DNA of 38,762 bases from Polyangiaceae bacterium (GCA_044376115.1 JBILLK010000048.1:1-38762); one strand, 5' to 3'. Positions 1-9,207 are shown, numbered from the stretch's first letter. The notes: generated by a model from the letters alone, not told the origin. Numbers and translations are program-made.

Positions 1-114
1 GTTCTCGATAACGGCGATGCGCTTGCCGTGGTTCTCGCTGAGGATTCGGTTGAGCAGGGTGGTCTTCCCAGAGCCTAGGAAGCCGGTGAGCACGGTGACG
101 GGGATCTTTTTCAT
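1..114 (-). CDS. COG0523/CobW-family G3E GTPase (metallochaperone), N-terminus; runs off the left edge
   Basis: Manual translation from ATG at 114: [38 protein letters not shown] (Walker A plus AVIEN typical of COG0523); absent from the ORF track. Confidence 0.9.
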   Translation of the reverse strand, partial: MKKIPVTVLTGFLGSGKTTLLNRILSENHGKRIAVIEN

Positions 115-154
115 GGCGGACCTCGCAAAACGAGAAGCTCGCTCCTATACAATA

Positions 155-169
155 TGCAACCCAGTTGCA
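155..169. promoter_or_regulatory. Palindromic operator TGCAAC-CCA-GTTGCA (putative Zur box)
   Basis: Perfect 6-3-6 inverted repeat about 40 bp upstream of the COG0523 start; motif recurs five times in 1-4 kb. Confidence 0.75.
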
Positions 170-230
170 ACTACATCGATAACGTTCGTGCAGCTCTGCA
201 GCCTGGCTCGAAGGTCGCGCGCGAACGGGC

Positions 231-863
231 TCATGGCCCGCCCCCACCAGACACCGCGCGCACGAGCACCGTGAGCCCCAAGCCGATGCTGAGCATCGCT
301 GCGAGCACGGTGATGGCGCTCCGCAGCCGTCCCTCGCGGCGCATCGTCCAGCTGATGGGCCGCGACATCACGACGGTCAGCGCGACCATGCCGACCACGG
401 TCCCGAGCGCGACGAGCCCAAGGTACGCGACAGCGAGCGGGCGCGAGGCGATCGTCGTCGCGGCGAGCAGCGCGATCCCGGCCGAGCCTGCGAGCCCGTG
501 AACCAGGCCGATCACGAGCGGCCGCGCGGAGGCGCCGGCGACCGAGCGCACAGTCTTGCCAGCACCCGGCGCGCGGCTGCGCAAGAGGTGCCAGATCCCG
601 AAGCCGATGAGCATCAGCGCCACGATCAGCTCCGCGCCGTGTTCGAAGGCCTCGGGGATGCGCACCTCGGCGAGCACGATGAGGAGCCCCAGCGCGAGGA
701 ACGCGATGGTGTGCCCTGCGCCCCAGAGCGCGGCGATCCGTGCGGCCCTCCACACACCGGGCTCTCGTTGAACGAGGGCGGATACGACGACCACGTGGTC
801 CGCGTCGGTAGCGTGGCGAAGTCCGAGCACCAGGCCGAGGAGCAGCACCGACAAGCCGGTCAT
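231..863 (-). CDS. NiCoT/UreH-like nickel/cobalt transporter
   Basis: LGLRHATDADH (NiCoT RHAxDADH signature), GAGHT and GLVHGLAGSA motifs, about 6 TM segments; GGAGG RBS before ATG at 863 (alternative GTG at 884). Confidence 0.8.
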   Translation of the reverse strand: MTGLSVLLLGLVLGLRHATDADHVVVVSALVQREPGVWRAARIAALWGAGHTIAFLALGLLIVLAEVRIPEAFEHGAELIVALMLIGFGIWHLLRSRAPGAGKTVRSVAGASARPLVIGLVHGLAGSAGIALLAATTIASRPLAVAYLGLVALGTVVGMVALTVVMSRPISWTMRREGRLRSAITVLAAMLSIGLGLTVLVRAVSGGGGP

Positions 864-880
864 CGGACCTCCCAAAGCGC

Positions 881-1525
881 TCACGAGCCATCCACCGGGC
901 TCGCGCTAAGCACGACGCGAACTCGGCCGGTCCCTTCGATCGGCGGCGAGCGGTGAACCGCCCCGTGAAGGTCCGGATGCAGCGCGCCCTTCATCACGAT
1001 GACCTCCCCAGGTACCGCGTGACGGATCGCCGACGCTTCCCGAACGATCTGCTTGTTCGCGTCGCATGGGCAGTCCGGCGGATGGTCGAGCGCCTCCCGC
1101 CGTACCGCTTCGTCGGGTACCCACTCCGTCCCGGGCCCCAGGTACGTGGTAACGAGACGGTACCGGACGTAGTCGACGTGGAACTTCGGGCACTGGTCCG
1201 TACGAACCACGCCGAACGAGACGCGCAGTCGGCGAGCGTCAGCCAGGTGAGCGAGACGCGCGATGAGGATGGCGATGTCCATCGTCAACCACGCGCGCGC
1301 TGGCTCCGCGAGACCGCGTGTCGCAGCCGAGAGATCGTACTTCGGCATGCAAACGATCGCGTCGAACTGCGCCGGGAAGCGCTGAGCCCATTCCACGAGC
1401 TGCGCCTCGAGGCCCGGTGGAAGCTCGCGATGCCACGACACGAGGTTGACACAACTGCGAGCGAGTCGCTCGTTGGGCTCCTCCCGGTGCAGTGCCATCG
1501 ACAGCGGCTCGCGCAGGACGTGCAT
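881..1525 (-). CDS. DUF1826 domain protein
   Basis: CPKFHVDYVRYRLVTTYLGPGTEW and HRSPPI motifs; ATG at 1525 lies downstream of the operator, so the ORF-track N-terminal extension is unlikely. Confidence 0.85.
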   Translation of the reverse strand: MHVLREPLSMALHREEPNERLARSCVNLVSWHRELPPGLEAQLVEWAQRFPAQFDAIVCMPKYDLSAATRGLAEPARAWLTMDIAILIARLAHLADARRLRVSFGVVRTDQCPKFHVDYVRYRLVTTYLGPGTEWVPDEAVRREALDHPPDCPCDANKQIVREASAIRHAVPGEVIVMKGALHPDLHGAVHRSPPIEGTGRVRVVLSASPVDGS

Positions 1526-1556
1526 AGCGGGCTTCCTACCGCAAGGCCCACCTTCT

Positions 1557-1571
1557 TGCAACTGAGTTGCA
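1557..1571. promoter_or_regulatory. Palindromic operator TGCAAC-TGA-GTTGCA (putative Zur box)
   Basis: Perfect 6-3-6 inverted repeat about 30 bp upstream of the DUF1826 ATG. Confidence 0.75.
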
Positions 1572-1626
1572 TTTAATTCGATCGCACTGGGCGATGAAGG
1601 TTCCGATCGCGATCGCTCGTGGAGCC

Positions 1627-2157
1627 CTACTGCAACTCGTCCAGCTCGTCGAGCACGCGTACGACTCGGCTCGTCTCGGCGAGCTGCTTGCCCCCGCGCC
1701 ACACGCGACACTCGACGAGCAGGTCTGTGCCGACCACCTCACTTGGGCTCGCGATCTCGAGCACGACCCGATCGCCCACGCGTTCGTACCGACCCTCCGC
1801 CGCGAGGACCAGGTTGTCGGCGTCGACCGGGTACTCGGCCGGATATCCCAAGGCGACGCCCCCTGCGTCCGAAGCGCGGTAGTCCAGGGTGACGAGTTCA
1901 CCGTCGTAGCTCGTCATCCTGAGGGTGATCTCCAGGTGCCAACCGCCCTGGGGGCCGCTCACGAGCTCCAAGGTCGCGCCTTCACTGGGAAGCTCCACGA
2001 ATTCAGTCCGACCGGCCCCTAGCTCGATGCTCAGAGGGGAGGTCAGCTGCGCGCCGCCTGCTCCCTCGTTTGCACCGCCCCCGCCCGCAGTTAGATCGGG
2101 ATCGCCACAAGCACCGAGGCAACCCAGCAGGAGCAGCCGGTAGGCAAACCAGGACAT
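1627..2157 (-). CDS. Hypothetical lipoprotein
   Basis: Signal peptide with lipobox LGAC, Gly-rich linker, beta-rich domain (GPQGGWHLEI). Confidence 0.7.
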   Translation of the reverse strand: MSWFAYRLLLLGCLGACGDPDLTAGGGGANEGAGGAQLTSPLSIELGAGRTEFVELPSEGATLELVSGPQGGWHLEITLRMTSYDGELVTLDYRASDAGGVALGYPAEYPVDADNLVLAAEGRYERVGDRVVLEIASPSEVVGTDLLVECRVWRGGKQLAETSRVVRVLDELDELQ

Positions 2158-2197
2158 ATCCTTCTAGACCATGTCATCGCCCGCGCAGCAACCTCGA

Positions 2198-2212
2198 TGC
2201 AACTTGGTTGCA
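2198..2212. promoter_or_regulatory. Palindromic operator TGCAAC-TTG-GTTGCA between divergent lipoprotein genes
   Basis: Perfect 6-3-6 inverted repeat; an overlapping degenerate site AGCAAC-CTC-GATGCA at 2187-2201. Confidence 0.75.
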
Positions 2213-2241
2213 ACGATGCTCAGACTGTAGGAAGGTAGGCC

Positions 2242-3171
2242 ATGCTGTCAGGTAGAGCGCTGTTTGCAACGCTGATCGGGGTTTCCTGGTTGCCCGCGGG
2301 CTGTGAAGCAGACAACCCCGGCACCGGAGCAGGCGGCGTGGGTGGAGAAGGCTCCCAGGCCGCGACCGGCGGAAGCGGAGGCGGTACCCCCCTCGGCCCC
2401 CCAACCGTCGGCGGCCTCATGATCGAGGAGGTCTTCTACGCAGGCTCGCCAGGTCTCATGGCCCATACCTTCGCCGACCAATTCATCGATGTCCGCAACG
2501 ACTCGGACGGGCTCATCTTCGCCGACGGCTTGCTGGTGGGCGACGCGTACGGCGCCGCTGGCGAGATCAACCCCGGCCAGCCTGTCAGCCCCTTCGCCAG
2601 CGACACCGAGCACGTGTACCTCGCTAACGTCTTTCGCGTCCCGGGCGACGGCGACGACGTGCCCCTACAACCCGGTGAGACCCTGACGCTCGCGCACGAC
2701 GGGACGAACCACAAGCCGGATAGCATCCTCGATCTGAGTGCGGCCGACTTCGAGGCGTACATCGAGTCCTCGGGCAATGATGACGACTGGCCGACCGTCG
2801 CCAACCTGGAGGTGGTGCACTTCACTGGCGGCTACGACTGGCTGATGCCTGTGTTCGGCCCCGCTGTCGTAATCGCCAGAACGGACGTCATCGAGTTCGT
2901 CGACCACCCCGACTTCCCAGGCGAAAAGCTCGTGAGGATCCCTGTGTCAGCGGTCGTCGATGGCGTGGAAGCGCTGATGGATTCCGGAAGCAGCGCATAC
3001 AAGCGACTGCCCGCTGGAGTCGACGCGAGCTTCGCCTTCGTTTCGGATACGTACACAGGAGAGAGCATCGCCCGCCGGCGAGGCGAGCAAGGGTCGATCC
3101 CCTTGCTCGTCGACACGGGGAGCTCGGCTACAGACTTCGACCTCGTGGCGGCGCCAAGGCCGGGCGAGTAG
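2242..3171 (+). CDS. Lipoprotein with DUF4876-like (lamin-tail-like) domain
   Basis: Lipobox-like PAGC and Gly-rich linker; LMIEEVFYAGS...DQFIDVRNDSDGLIFADGL, VRIPVSAVVDGVE and LVDTGSSATDF resemble DUF4876 proteins. Confidence 0.7.
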   Translation: MLSGRALFATLIGVSWLPAGCEADNPGTGAGGVGGEGSQAATGGSGGGTPLGPPTVGGLMIEEVFYAGSPGLMAHTFADQFIDVRNDSDGLIFADGLLVGDAYGAAGEINPGQPVSPFASDTEHVYLANVFRVPGDGDDVPLQPGETLTLAHDGTNHKPDSILDLSAADFEAYIESSGNDDDWPTVANLEVVHFTGGYDWLMPVFGPAVVIARTDVIEFVDHPDFPGEKLVRIPVSAVVDGVEALMDSGSSAYKRLPAGVDASFAFVSDTYTGESIARRRGEQGSIPLLVDTGSSATDFDLVAAPRPGE

Positions 3172-3203
3172 GCGCGCTGCTTCCGATGCGTAGAGCCGGC
3201 GCT

Positions 3204-3650
3204 CTATGCCGTCAGCGGCGCGAGCGACGCCTGCTGCCGACGCAGACGGAAATGCTCGGAGAGCCCACCGACGAGCAGCACGAGAACGCCGGCCCACTCG
3301 ACGAAGTGGAGGTCTCCCGCAAAGTGCCCGGTGGCAACGAGCGCGGAGCCGGTGAGCGCGATGGCGATGGGCCACCTGCGGCGCGTTCGCCAGGAGCGCC
3401 ACGCGCTCACGCCGATGGACGCGCTGATCGCGACGACAAGGAGCATCAAGTGGTGAAATTCGCTCAGCCCAAAGCCGACGCCGAGCACCGAGAAGAGCTT
3501 CGCGTAGGTCGTCAGGCATGCGGGGCACACGGCGCAGGCGAGCACCGGTAGGATGGCAGACCACAAGCTGGTGTTCGGGGCGCTTGGTTTCGGGGCTCGA
3601 TGGGCCGCGCAATCGCATGCGTGGCGATGCTCGTGGAGCTTGGGGCGCAT
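3204..3650 (-). CDS. MerC-domain membrane protein with His/Cys-rich N-terminus
   Basis: MRPKLHEHRHACDCAAH N-terminus, ACAVCPAC in TM1, four TM segments; ATG at 3650 lies downstream of the operator. Confidence 0.7.
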   Translation of the reverse strand: MRPKLHEHRHACDCAAHRAPKPSAPNTSLWSAILPVLACAVCPACLTTYAKLFSVLGVGFGLSEFHHLMLLVVAISASIGVSAWRSWRTRRRWPIAIALTGSALVATGHFAGDLHFVEWAGVLVLLVGGLSEHFRLRRQQASLAPLTA

Positions 3651-3682
3651 GGACGTCGAAGTTAGCCGAGACCGAAGCGATG

Positions 3683-3697
3683 CGCAACTCGGTTGCA
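3683..3697. promoter_or_regulatory. Near-perfect operator CGCAAC-TCG-GTTGCA
   Basis: One mismatch to the recurring motif, about 30 bp upstream of the MerC-like ATG. Confidence 0.65.
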
Positions 3698-3777
3698 TGT
3701 GCACCAAGGAAGCAGGTCGACCGGGCGGTGACGCATCAGCTCGCTGCGGCTCTCGCGACCACGAACGCTCCTTCGGC

Positions 3778-3843
3778 AAGCTCCCCGTTACCGTCCTGTC
3801 CGGCTTCCTTGGCGCAGGGAAGACCTGGCTCAACCAGGTGCTC
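3778..3843 (+). pseudogene. Remnant of a COG0523 GTPase N-terminus
   Basis: Encodes [22 protein letters not shown] vs [23 protein letters not shown] in the intact gene at 3955; homology stops after about 22 codons. Confidence 0.75.
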
Positions 3844-3901
3844 AAGCCGATCCGTTTCCCGCGTGAACCAACGACATCTGGCGGCGGCGGCCACTTCTTT
3901 T

Positions 3902-3916
3902 TGCAACTTAGTTGCA
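3902..3916. promoter_or_regulatory. Palindromic operator TGCAAC-TTA-GTTGCA (putative Zur box)
   Basis: Perfect 6-3-6 inverted repeat about 40 bp upstream of the COG0523 ATG. Confidence 0.8.
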
Positions 3917-3954
3917 CATAGAATAGACACGCTGCCAAATCGAATGGAGGCTTC

Positions 3955-5190
3955 ATGCAGCGACTGCCCGTAACTGTACTCAGCGGCTTTCTCGGGGCCG
4001 GAAAAACGACCCTCTTGAATCACGTGCTCGCGAACCGCGAGGGGCGACGCGTCGCTGTCATCGTCAACGACATGAGCGAGGTCAACATCGACGCCCAGCT
4101 CGTGAAGATGGGCGGGGCCGCGCTCGGTCGGACCGAGGAGAAGCTCGTCGAGATGTCGAACGGCTGCATTTGCTGCACCCTTCGCGAGGACCTCCTGGTC
4201 GAGGTCAAGCGACTCGCAGCAGAGGGGAAGTTCGATAGCCTGCTCATCGAGTCGACGGGGATCGGGGAGCCGATGCCGGTCGCCGCGACCTTCTCCTTCC
4301 GTGACGAGCAAGGCTTCAGCCTCGCCGATGTGGCCCAGCTCGACACCATGGTCACGGTGGTCGACGCAGCAAACTTCCTTCGGGAGTACGGCTCCTCGGA
4401 TGACCTACGAGCACGCGGCATCGCGCTGGGCCCAGAGGACGACCGCGCGATCGTCGACCTGCTCGTCGAGCAGGTCGAGTTCGCAAACGTGCTGGTCATC
4501 TCGAAGGCCGACCTCGTCCTGCCCTCCGACCTCGAGCGCCTCGAGGGCATCCTCCATCACCTGAACCCCGAGGCGCGCCTCGTGCGCGCCCAGAACGGTC
4601 GCGTGCCGATCAATGCGGTCCTCAGCACCGGGCTCTTCGACAACGACAAGGCCGCGACCTACGCCGGCTGGGCCAAAGAGCTCGCAGGCATTCACACGCC
4701 CGAGACCGAAGAGTACGGCATTGGCAGCTTCGTCTACCGCGCGCGACGTCCCTTTCATCCAGGGAGACTCCACGCCTTCCTCGCCAGCGAGTGGGTCGGC
4801 GTCCTTCGCTCCAAGGGCTTCTTCTGGCTCGCGACGCGGATGAGCGAGGTGGGCGCGTGGTCTCAAGCAGGGCCGGCCTGCCGTACGAGCCGCGCAGGCT
4901 TCTGGTGGGCCGGTGTACCGGCCGCGTCCTGGCCGGCTGCGCCGGAGGCGCAAGCGGAGATCCGGAGCGCCTTCCACGAGCCGTATGGGGATCGCCGCCA
5001 AGAGCTCGTACTGATCGGTCAAGGAATGGATGAAGCGGCGCTCCGGGCGGGCTTCGACCGCTGCCTCCTTACCGATGCCGAGCTGCGCCTCGGCCCTGAG
5101 GGCTGGCGAGCGCTTGGTGATCCGTTTCCTACATGGGGCGAAGTATCCGTCTCGGCGGGAGCACCGGCAGCCGAGCAAGCGAGCGCGTAG
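3955..5190 (+). CDS. COG0523 zinc metallochaperone GTPase (YciC/ZigA-like)
   Basis: GFLGAGKT Walker A, NGCICC metal site, [22 protein letters not shown] and [11 protein letters not shown] (CobW_C); GGAGG RBS. Confidence 0.95.
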   Translation: MQRLPVTVLSGFLGAGKTTLLNHVLANREGRRVAVIVNDMSEVNIDAQLVKMGGAALGRTEEKLVEMSNGCICCTLREDLLVEVKRLAAEGKFDSLLIESTGIGEPMPVAATFSFRDEQGFSLADVAQLDTMVTVVDAANFLREYGSSDDLRARGIALGPEDDRAIVDLLVEQVEFANVLVISKADLVLPSDLERLEGILHHLNPEARLVRAQNGRVPINAVLSTGLFDNDKAATYAGWAKELAGIHTPETEEYGIGSFVYRARRPFHPGRLHAFLASEWVGVLRSKGFFWLATRMSEVGAWSQAGPACRTSRAGFWWAGVPAASWPAAPEAQAEIRSAFHEPYGDRRQELVLIGQGMDEAALRAGFDRCLLTDAELRLGPEGWRALGDPFPTWGEVSVSAGAPAAEQASA

Positions 5191-5242
5191 AACGTCAGCG
5201 CGCTCGTGGTCTCCAGCGTCGCGTCACGCGGGGCGCGGGCCA

Positions 5243-5386
5243 TAGAACACGCGCCGTCTCCGGCAGCTCCGACAGCACAAGGCCGATCAGGAAATGCAGG
5301 TTCTGGCCGATCGGCCCGAGCTTGCGCTCGTCCTAGCTGAGCGACGCATCTTTGTTGAAGAAGTTGGTCACGGCCGGGTTGGTCAT
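5243..5386 (-). pseudogene. Fragment of a class I SAM-dependent methyltransferase with an in-frame stop
   Basis: MTNPAVTNFFNKDASLS*DERKLGPIGQNLHFLIGLVLSELPETARVL; TAG at 5333-5335 where Tyr of YDER is expected; ends before the GxGxG motif. Confidence 0.55.
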
Positions 5387-5461
5387 GGCGTCACCCTAAC
5401 AAGGACCGTCCGCGACGTTCTCCATGCGCGCCTTCCCGACGAAAGTTGCTACCCTCCGCCG

Positions 5462-6007
5462 ATGTCACGCGTGCGTGTTTACTTGGGCTGCTCGCTCGAC
5501 GGATGCATCGCCGGGCCAGGGCACGATCTGTCGTTCCTCGAGGAGCACGCGCCTGACAAAGATGCGCCAGAGGGGCTAGGGTTCGAGGCGTTTCTTGCCA
5601 GCATCGGCGCGCTCTTGATGGGCCGACGCACGTACCAAGTGCCGCTCGACCACGACGCTTGGTTCTACGGAGAGCGGCCGGTGCTGGTCGCGACGCACCA
5701 CGCGCTACCGCCAGCACCGAAGGGTGGCAATGCGCGCGCCGTGCAGGGGCCGATCGACGCGCTCGTGGCCGAGGCGCGCGCCGCAGCGGCGGGCAAGGAC
5801 GTCTATCTCGACGGCGGCGATCTCGTGCGCCAAGCGCTCGACGCGGGCCTCGTCGACAACCTGTGTTTGACCTTCCTTCCGGTCGTGCTCGGCCGCGGCG
5901 TTCGCTTGTGGGAGGGGCTCGAGAACAGAAACGATCTCGAGTTCGATCCGCCGGTCACGCACGGCGGGCGGATGGTGCAGGTATCGGCGCGCGTGGTTCG
6001 GCGCTAG
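5462..6007 (+). CDS. Dihydrofolate reductase family protein (RibD C-terminal domain)
   Basis: MSRVRVYLGCSLDGCIAG, MGRRTY, VYLDGGDL and PVVLGRG motifs. Confidence 0.9.
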   Translation: MSRVRVYLGCSLDGCIAGPGHDLSFLEEHAPDKDAPEGLGFEAFLASIGALLMGRRTYQVPLDHDAWFYGERPVLVATHHALPPAPKGGNARAVQGPIDALVAEARAAAAGKDVYLDGGDLVRQALDAGLVDNLCLTFLPVVLGRGVRLWEGLENRNDLEFDPPVTHGGRMVQVSARVVRR

Positions 6008-6051
6008 TCACACGGATCGACCGTTCGCGCTCCTACTGCTAGGTTCCGATC

Positions 6052-6831
6052 GTGGTTCCTGGGGTCCCTGATCCAAAGATCGTGAAGCAGCGCTTCGAGC
6101 CAGCGCGCACGCTCGAGCTCGTGCAACGCGTCGGCGGTGTGGGTGACACTGGTTATCGCGGCGGGTTGGCCCCAATCGCCACAGCGCCGGAGCTCTACGT
6201 CCCGCTGCTTGGAGAGCTTCCCCTTGGGGATTTGCAGCTCATCGCGCCGAAGACCCACGGGGTCGGCCTGCGACGCACCGGGATCAAATGGCAAGACGCG
6301 CTGGGGGCGCTCTTCTTGATTGGCATGCTGTTTGGCCTACCCGCTGTCTGGCTCGCGCAGCCGAAGATGCCGTGGTTCGTCTGGCTCATCGCCGTGCCAT
6401 TCGTTCTGCTTGCCTTGCTGGCCGTCTACGTTTCGCTTCAGCGTGTAGTAAGCCGACTGCGAAGAATCTCAGTCGATCTCGATCAGCCGATGTACTTCTT
6501 GGGAGACGAGCTGGTCGCACGTGTCTCAACAGCGACTTCGCTGCGGAACTTCCAGGCGCAGCTCACCTGCGTCGAGTCCGCGAAGGTGATGACGAAGGAT
6601 GGCCCCGCAGTCCAGACCAGCGTGAGGTGGTCCGGTACGATGCAGCTCGTGGGGCACGAGCGTCGGGGTAAGGCGACCATCTCAACGCTCACGCAGCGAG
6701 TCCCGCTCGAGGGTCCCGCCTCGTTCGAAGACGACGAGTGCTCACTCCGCTGGTTCGTCAAGATCGAGACGACGTCGGGTTCACTCGACGAGACCTTTCC
6801 ATTCCAAGCCGTCCCGCGAGTGCGCGCATGA
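6052..6831 (+). CDS. Hypothetical membrane protein (two TM helices, beta-rich C-terminal domain)
   Basis: Two hydrophobic helices followed by a beta-rich domain; ATGA overlap with the next ORF. Confidence 0.6.
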   Translation: MVPGVPDPKIVKQRFEPARTLELVQRVGGVGDTGYRGGLAPIATAPELYVPLLGELPLGDLQLIAPKTHGVGLRRTGIKWQDALGALFLIGMLFGLPAVWLAQPKMPWFVWLIAVPFVLLALLAVYVSLQRVVSRLRRISVDLDQPMYFLGDELVARVSTATSLRNFQAQLTCVESAKVMTKDGPAVQTSVRWSGTMQLVGHERRGKATISTLTQRVPLEGPASFEDDECSLRWFVKIETTSGSLDETFPFQAVPRVRA

Positions 6832-7142
6832 AGCTCGAGCTGACACGTCCGACCTGCCCTCCAGGCAGCAGCCTCTCCGGCCAGATTGAGGCTCCACCCG
6901 GCGCGCTCGCGCGGCTTGAGGTCTATTGGGAGCGCATCATCCTCAACGGGGCGCGCGCCACGATGATCGTCGTCGAGCAAGAGCGCGAGGTCCCCTCCGA
7001 CGGGCGCCTCTCCTTCGACCTCCCGCTCCCACTCTTACCGCTCTCCTTCGATGGGGAGCTCTTCTCCCTCAGCTGGGGACTCGACGTCTACATCGGTGAG
7101 CACCTGCTCTCTCGCACGTTCACTCGCAGCAGCGCGCCTTGA
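6828..7142 (+). CDS. Hypothetical protein
   Basis: ATG at 6828 overlaps the upstream TGA; PLSFDGELFSLSWGL resembles PASFEDDECSLRWF in the upstream protein. Confidence 0.6.
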   Translation: MKLELTRPTCPPGSSLSGQIEAPPGALARLEVYWERIILNGARATMIVVEQEREVPSDGRLSFDLPLPLLPLSFDGELFSLSWGLDVYIGEHLLSRTFTRSSAP

Positions 7143-7163
7143 GCGGTCCGCCCTGGCGTCCGC

Positions 7164-7608
7164 TCAAGCCGTGGCGCGCTGCGCGGACATCCTGCCGATG
7201 GCGGTGACCAGCAGCTCGATCACCGCATCCACCGCGCGCGCGCGGCGCGGGCTCGGCCGCAGCGGCGGTAGCAGCGCCCACACCGAGATCGGCGCGAGCG
7301 ACCAGCTGGGCAGCACGCGCTTGCGCGAGCGCTGGACCTCGCCGGCGGGGCGCACGCCGATGCCGAACCCGGCGAGGATCGCGTCGCGCTGCGTGCGTAC
7401 GTCGCTGCACTCGAAGCGGCCGCCCACCAGCACGGTCGCGCGCTTACCGCGCGGACCGTGCAGCAGCCAGGGCGCACGCGCATGTCCCACCAGCGTGCGG
7501 ATGCACTCGTGCCCCGCGAGCTCCTCAGGCTGCCGCGGCCGTCCGCTGCGGTTCAGGTGGCTCGGCGTCGCGGCCAACACGAAGCTCACCGAGCCGAGGC
7601 TCCGCGCG
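7164..7608 (-). pseudogene. LysR-family regulator, substrate-binding domain only (HTH lost)
   Basis: RSLGSVSFVLAATPSHL..GRPRQPEELAGHECI...AGFGIG...RVLPSW is a LysR C-terminal domain; the 5' part is replaced by the repeat at 7609. Confidence 0.8.
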
Positions 7609-7802
7609 CAATGTCGCTCCCGCGAGCAAAGCTGCGCACGGCTCGCTTCACATCGCCGCACACCTTCCGCCAAAGTGCGCCGAAAGCACCGCACGTCTCG
7701 ACTCGATACGCGCCGAAAGCGCAAGGGTCCTCTGCGTACCTCGCCGCCGATGCGACATTCGCGCGAGCGATAGACCATCGGTGCCCCCAATGTCACTCGG
7801 GG
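7609..7802. repeat. Repeat family A, copy 1 (GCGACATT-N29-AATGTCRC inverted-repeat element)
   Basis: Homologous to 11472-11643 at both ends (caatgtcgct.ccgcgagc.aagctgcgc and gcgacattcgcgcgagcgata.accatcg...cccaatgtc.ctcggg). Confidence 0.8.
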
Positions 7803-7807
7803 TCGTC

Positions 7808-7859
7808 GCCGTCCGTTTGCGCCGTCCGTTTGCGCCGTCCGTCGGCGCCGTTCGCCGCG
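7808..7859. repeat. 13-bp tandem repeat (gccgtccgtttgc), four copies, degenerating
   Basis: Units at 7808, 7821, 7834 and 7847. Confidence 0.85.
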
Positions 7860-8191
7860 CCACACAAGTGAACGCCTACTTGTTTGCAGCTTCGCGTCCG
7901 GGTAGCAAGCCAGTGGTAGCGGCGTTGGCGCGAGCGCTGGCGAAGCGGGCGGCACGGCATGACCCGCAAAAGGCCACCATCCCTCGTTCGCTCCTGGGCG
8001 GCCGAATCTTCACGGACAGCGAGCTCGAGGAGCGCGCCGTTATACTGCCGGTGACGGCAAGACCTACGACCCATCGCCGCGAACAGCGGCGTGGTCATCC
8101 CTATGCGGGGGACGAGGTGCGCGTCCTGCCGGCCCCCGCAATCTACCGCCCAACGGCCGTATTCACGGGCTACTTGGTCTCGGAGCGGGTG

Positions 8192-9133
8192 CTACCCGAG
8201 GAAGCCCGGTGGTGCGAAGCGTCGTCGGTACTCGCTCGGCGCGAGGCCCATCAGTCGCTGAAACGTCTTTCGAAAGGCGCTCGGGTCCTCGTAGCCGACG
8301 CGCGCTGCGATCTCCTCGACCGAGATGTCTGGACGCTCGAGCAGATCACGGGCTTTGCCCACTCGCAGGTGCTGCAAGTATTCGGTCGGTCGCATGCCAG
8401 TGGCGCGTTGAAAGCGCCGTAAGAAGGTCCGTTCGCCGAGACGCGCGACGGCGGCCATCCGCGGCACATCGACCTTCCCATCGCTCGTGGCTCCCAGCCA
8501 TCGCTGGGCTTGGAGGATCGCACTGTCGCCATGCGTGAACGTCGGTGCGAAGGCGCGATAAAAGCGCTGCTCTCGACCACCCGGATCTACCAACAAGTGG
8601 CGCGCCGTGGCGAGCATGGTGCTGGGCCCCAGGAAGCGATGGACGAAGAGTAGCCCGAGATCGAGCCACGCCATGAGACCGCCGGCGGTGATCACATCCC
8701 CGTCGTCGATGATCAGACGGTCGACGTCGACCCGTACCCGCGGAAAGCGCGCTGCGAACTCCGATTCCAGCGCCCAGTGGGTCGTCGCGGGCCGACCGTC
8801 GAGGAGGCGAGCTTCGGCGAGGAGGAACGCGCCGACACAGATCGAGCAAAGGATCGTGCCCCGCCGGTGCTGCGCACGGAGCCAGCCCGCAAGCTGGCCG
8901 GCGCCATCGGTCGGCGGGATCTCGCTCAGGCTCGGCGGAAGCACGAGGACCGTCAGCGGTTTCGCCAAACGAGGGGGTCTGCTCTCCATCACGAGGACGC
9001 GGACGTGGAGGCGCGGCGCCTCGCCGTCCCGCTGTTGGTGCAAACGAATGGCGGTCTGCAGAAGGTCGCGCATTCCCAACACGGCGGCCGCTTGCGCGCC
9101 TGGATATTGGAGGATGCCGATGTGCGGAAGCAC
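8192..9133 (-). CDS. GlxA-family AraC regulator (DJ-1/PfpI + AraC HTH)
   Basis: SICVGAFLLAEARLLDGRPATTHW, DGDVITAGG, and AraC C-terminus VGYEDPSAFRKTF. Confidence 0.92.
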   Translation of the reverse strand: MLPHIGILQYPGAQAAAVLGMRDLLQTAIRLHQQRDGEAPRLHVRVLVMESRPPRLAKPLTVLVLPPSLSEIPPTDGAGQLAGWLRAQHRRGTILCSICVGAFLLAEARLLDGRPATTHWALESEFAARFPRVRVDVDRLIIDDGDVITAGGLMAWLDLGLLFVHRFLGPSTMLATARHLLVDPGGREQRFYRAFAPTFTHGDSAILQAQRWLGATSDGKVDVPRMAAVARLGERTFLRRFQRATGMRPTEYLQHLRVGKARDLLERPDISVEEIAARVGYEDPSAFRKTFQRLMGLAPSEYRRRFAPPGFLG

Positions 9134-9207
9134 GGTGTCAGTTATAGCCCGAAGAACGTCATTACCGCCACTTCGCAGCAGAGCGCCGGGTTGCTACGAA
9201 TCTGACC

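Noticed and set aside
5333..5335. Amber readthrough (pyrrolysine) in the methyltransferase fragment
   Set aside because: The gene is also truncated before its SAM-binding motif and no pyl genes are present; simple decay is more likely
7860..8190. Possible gene relic between repeat A and the AraC gene
   Set aside because: No family motif that I could recognise in any frame
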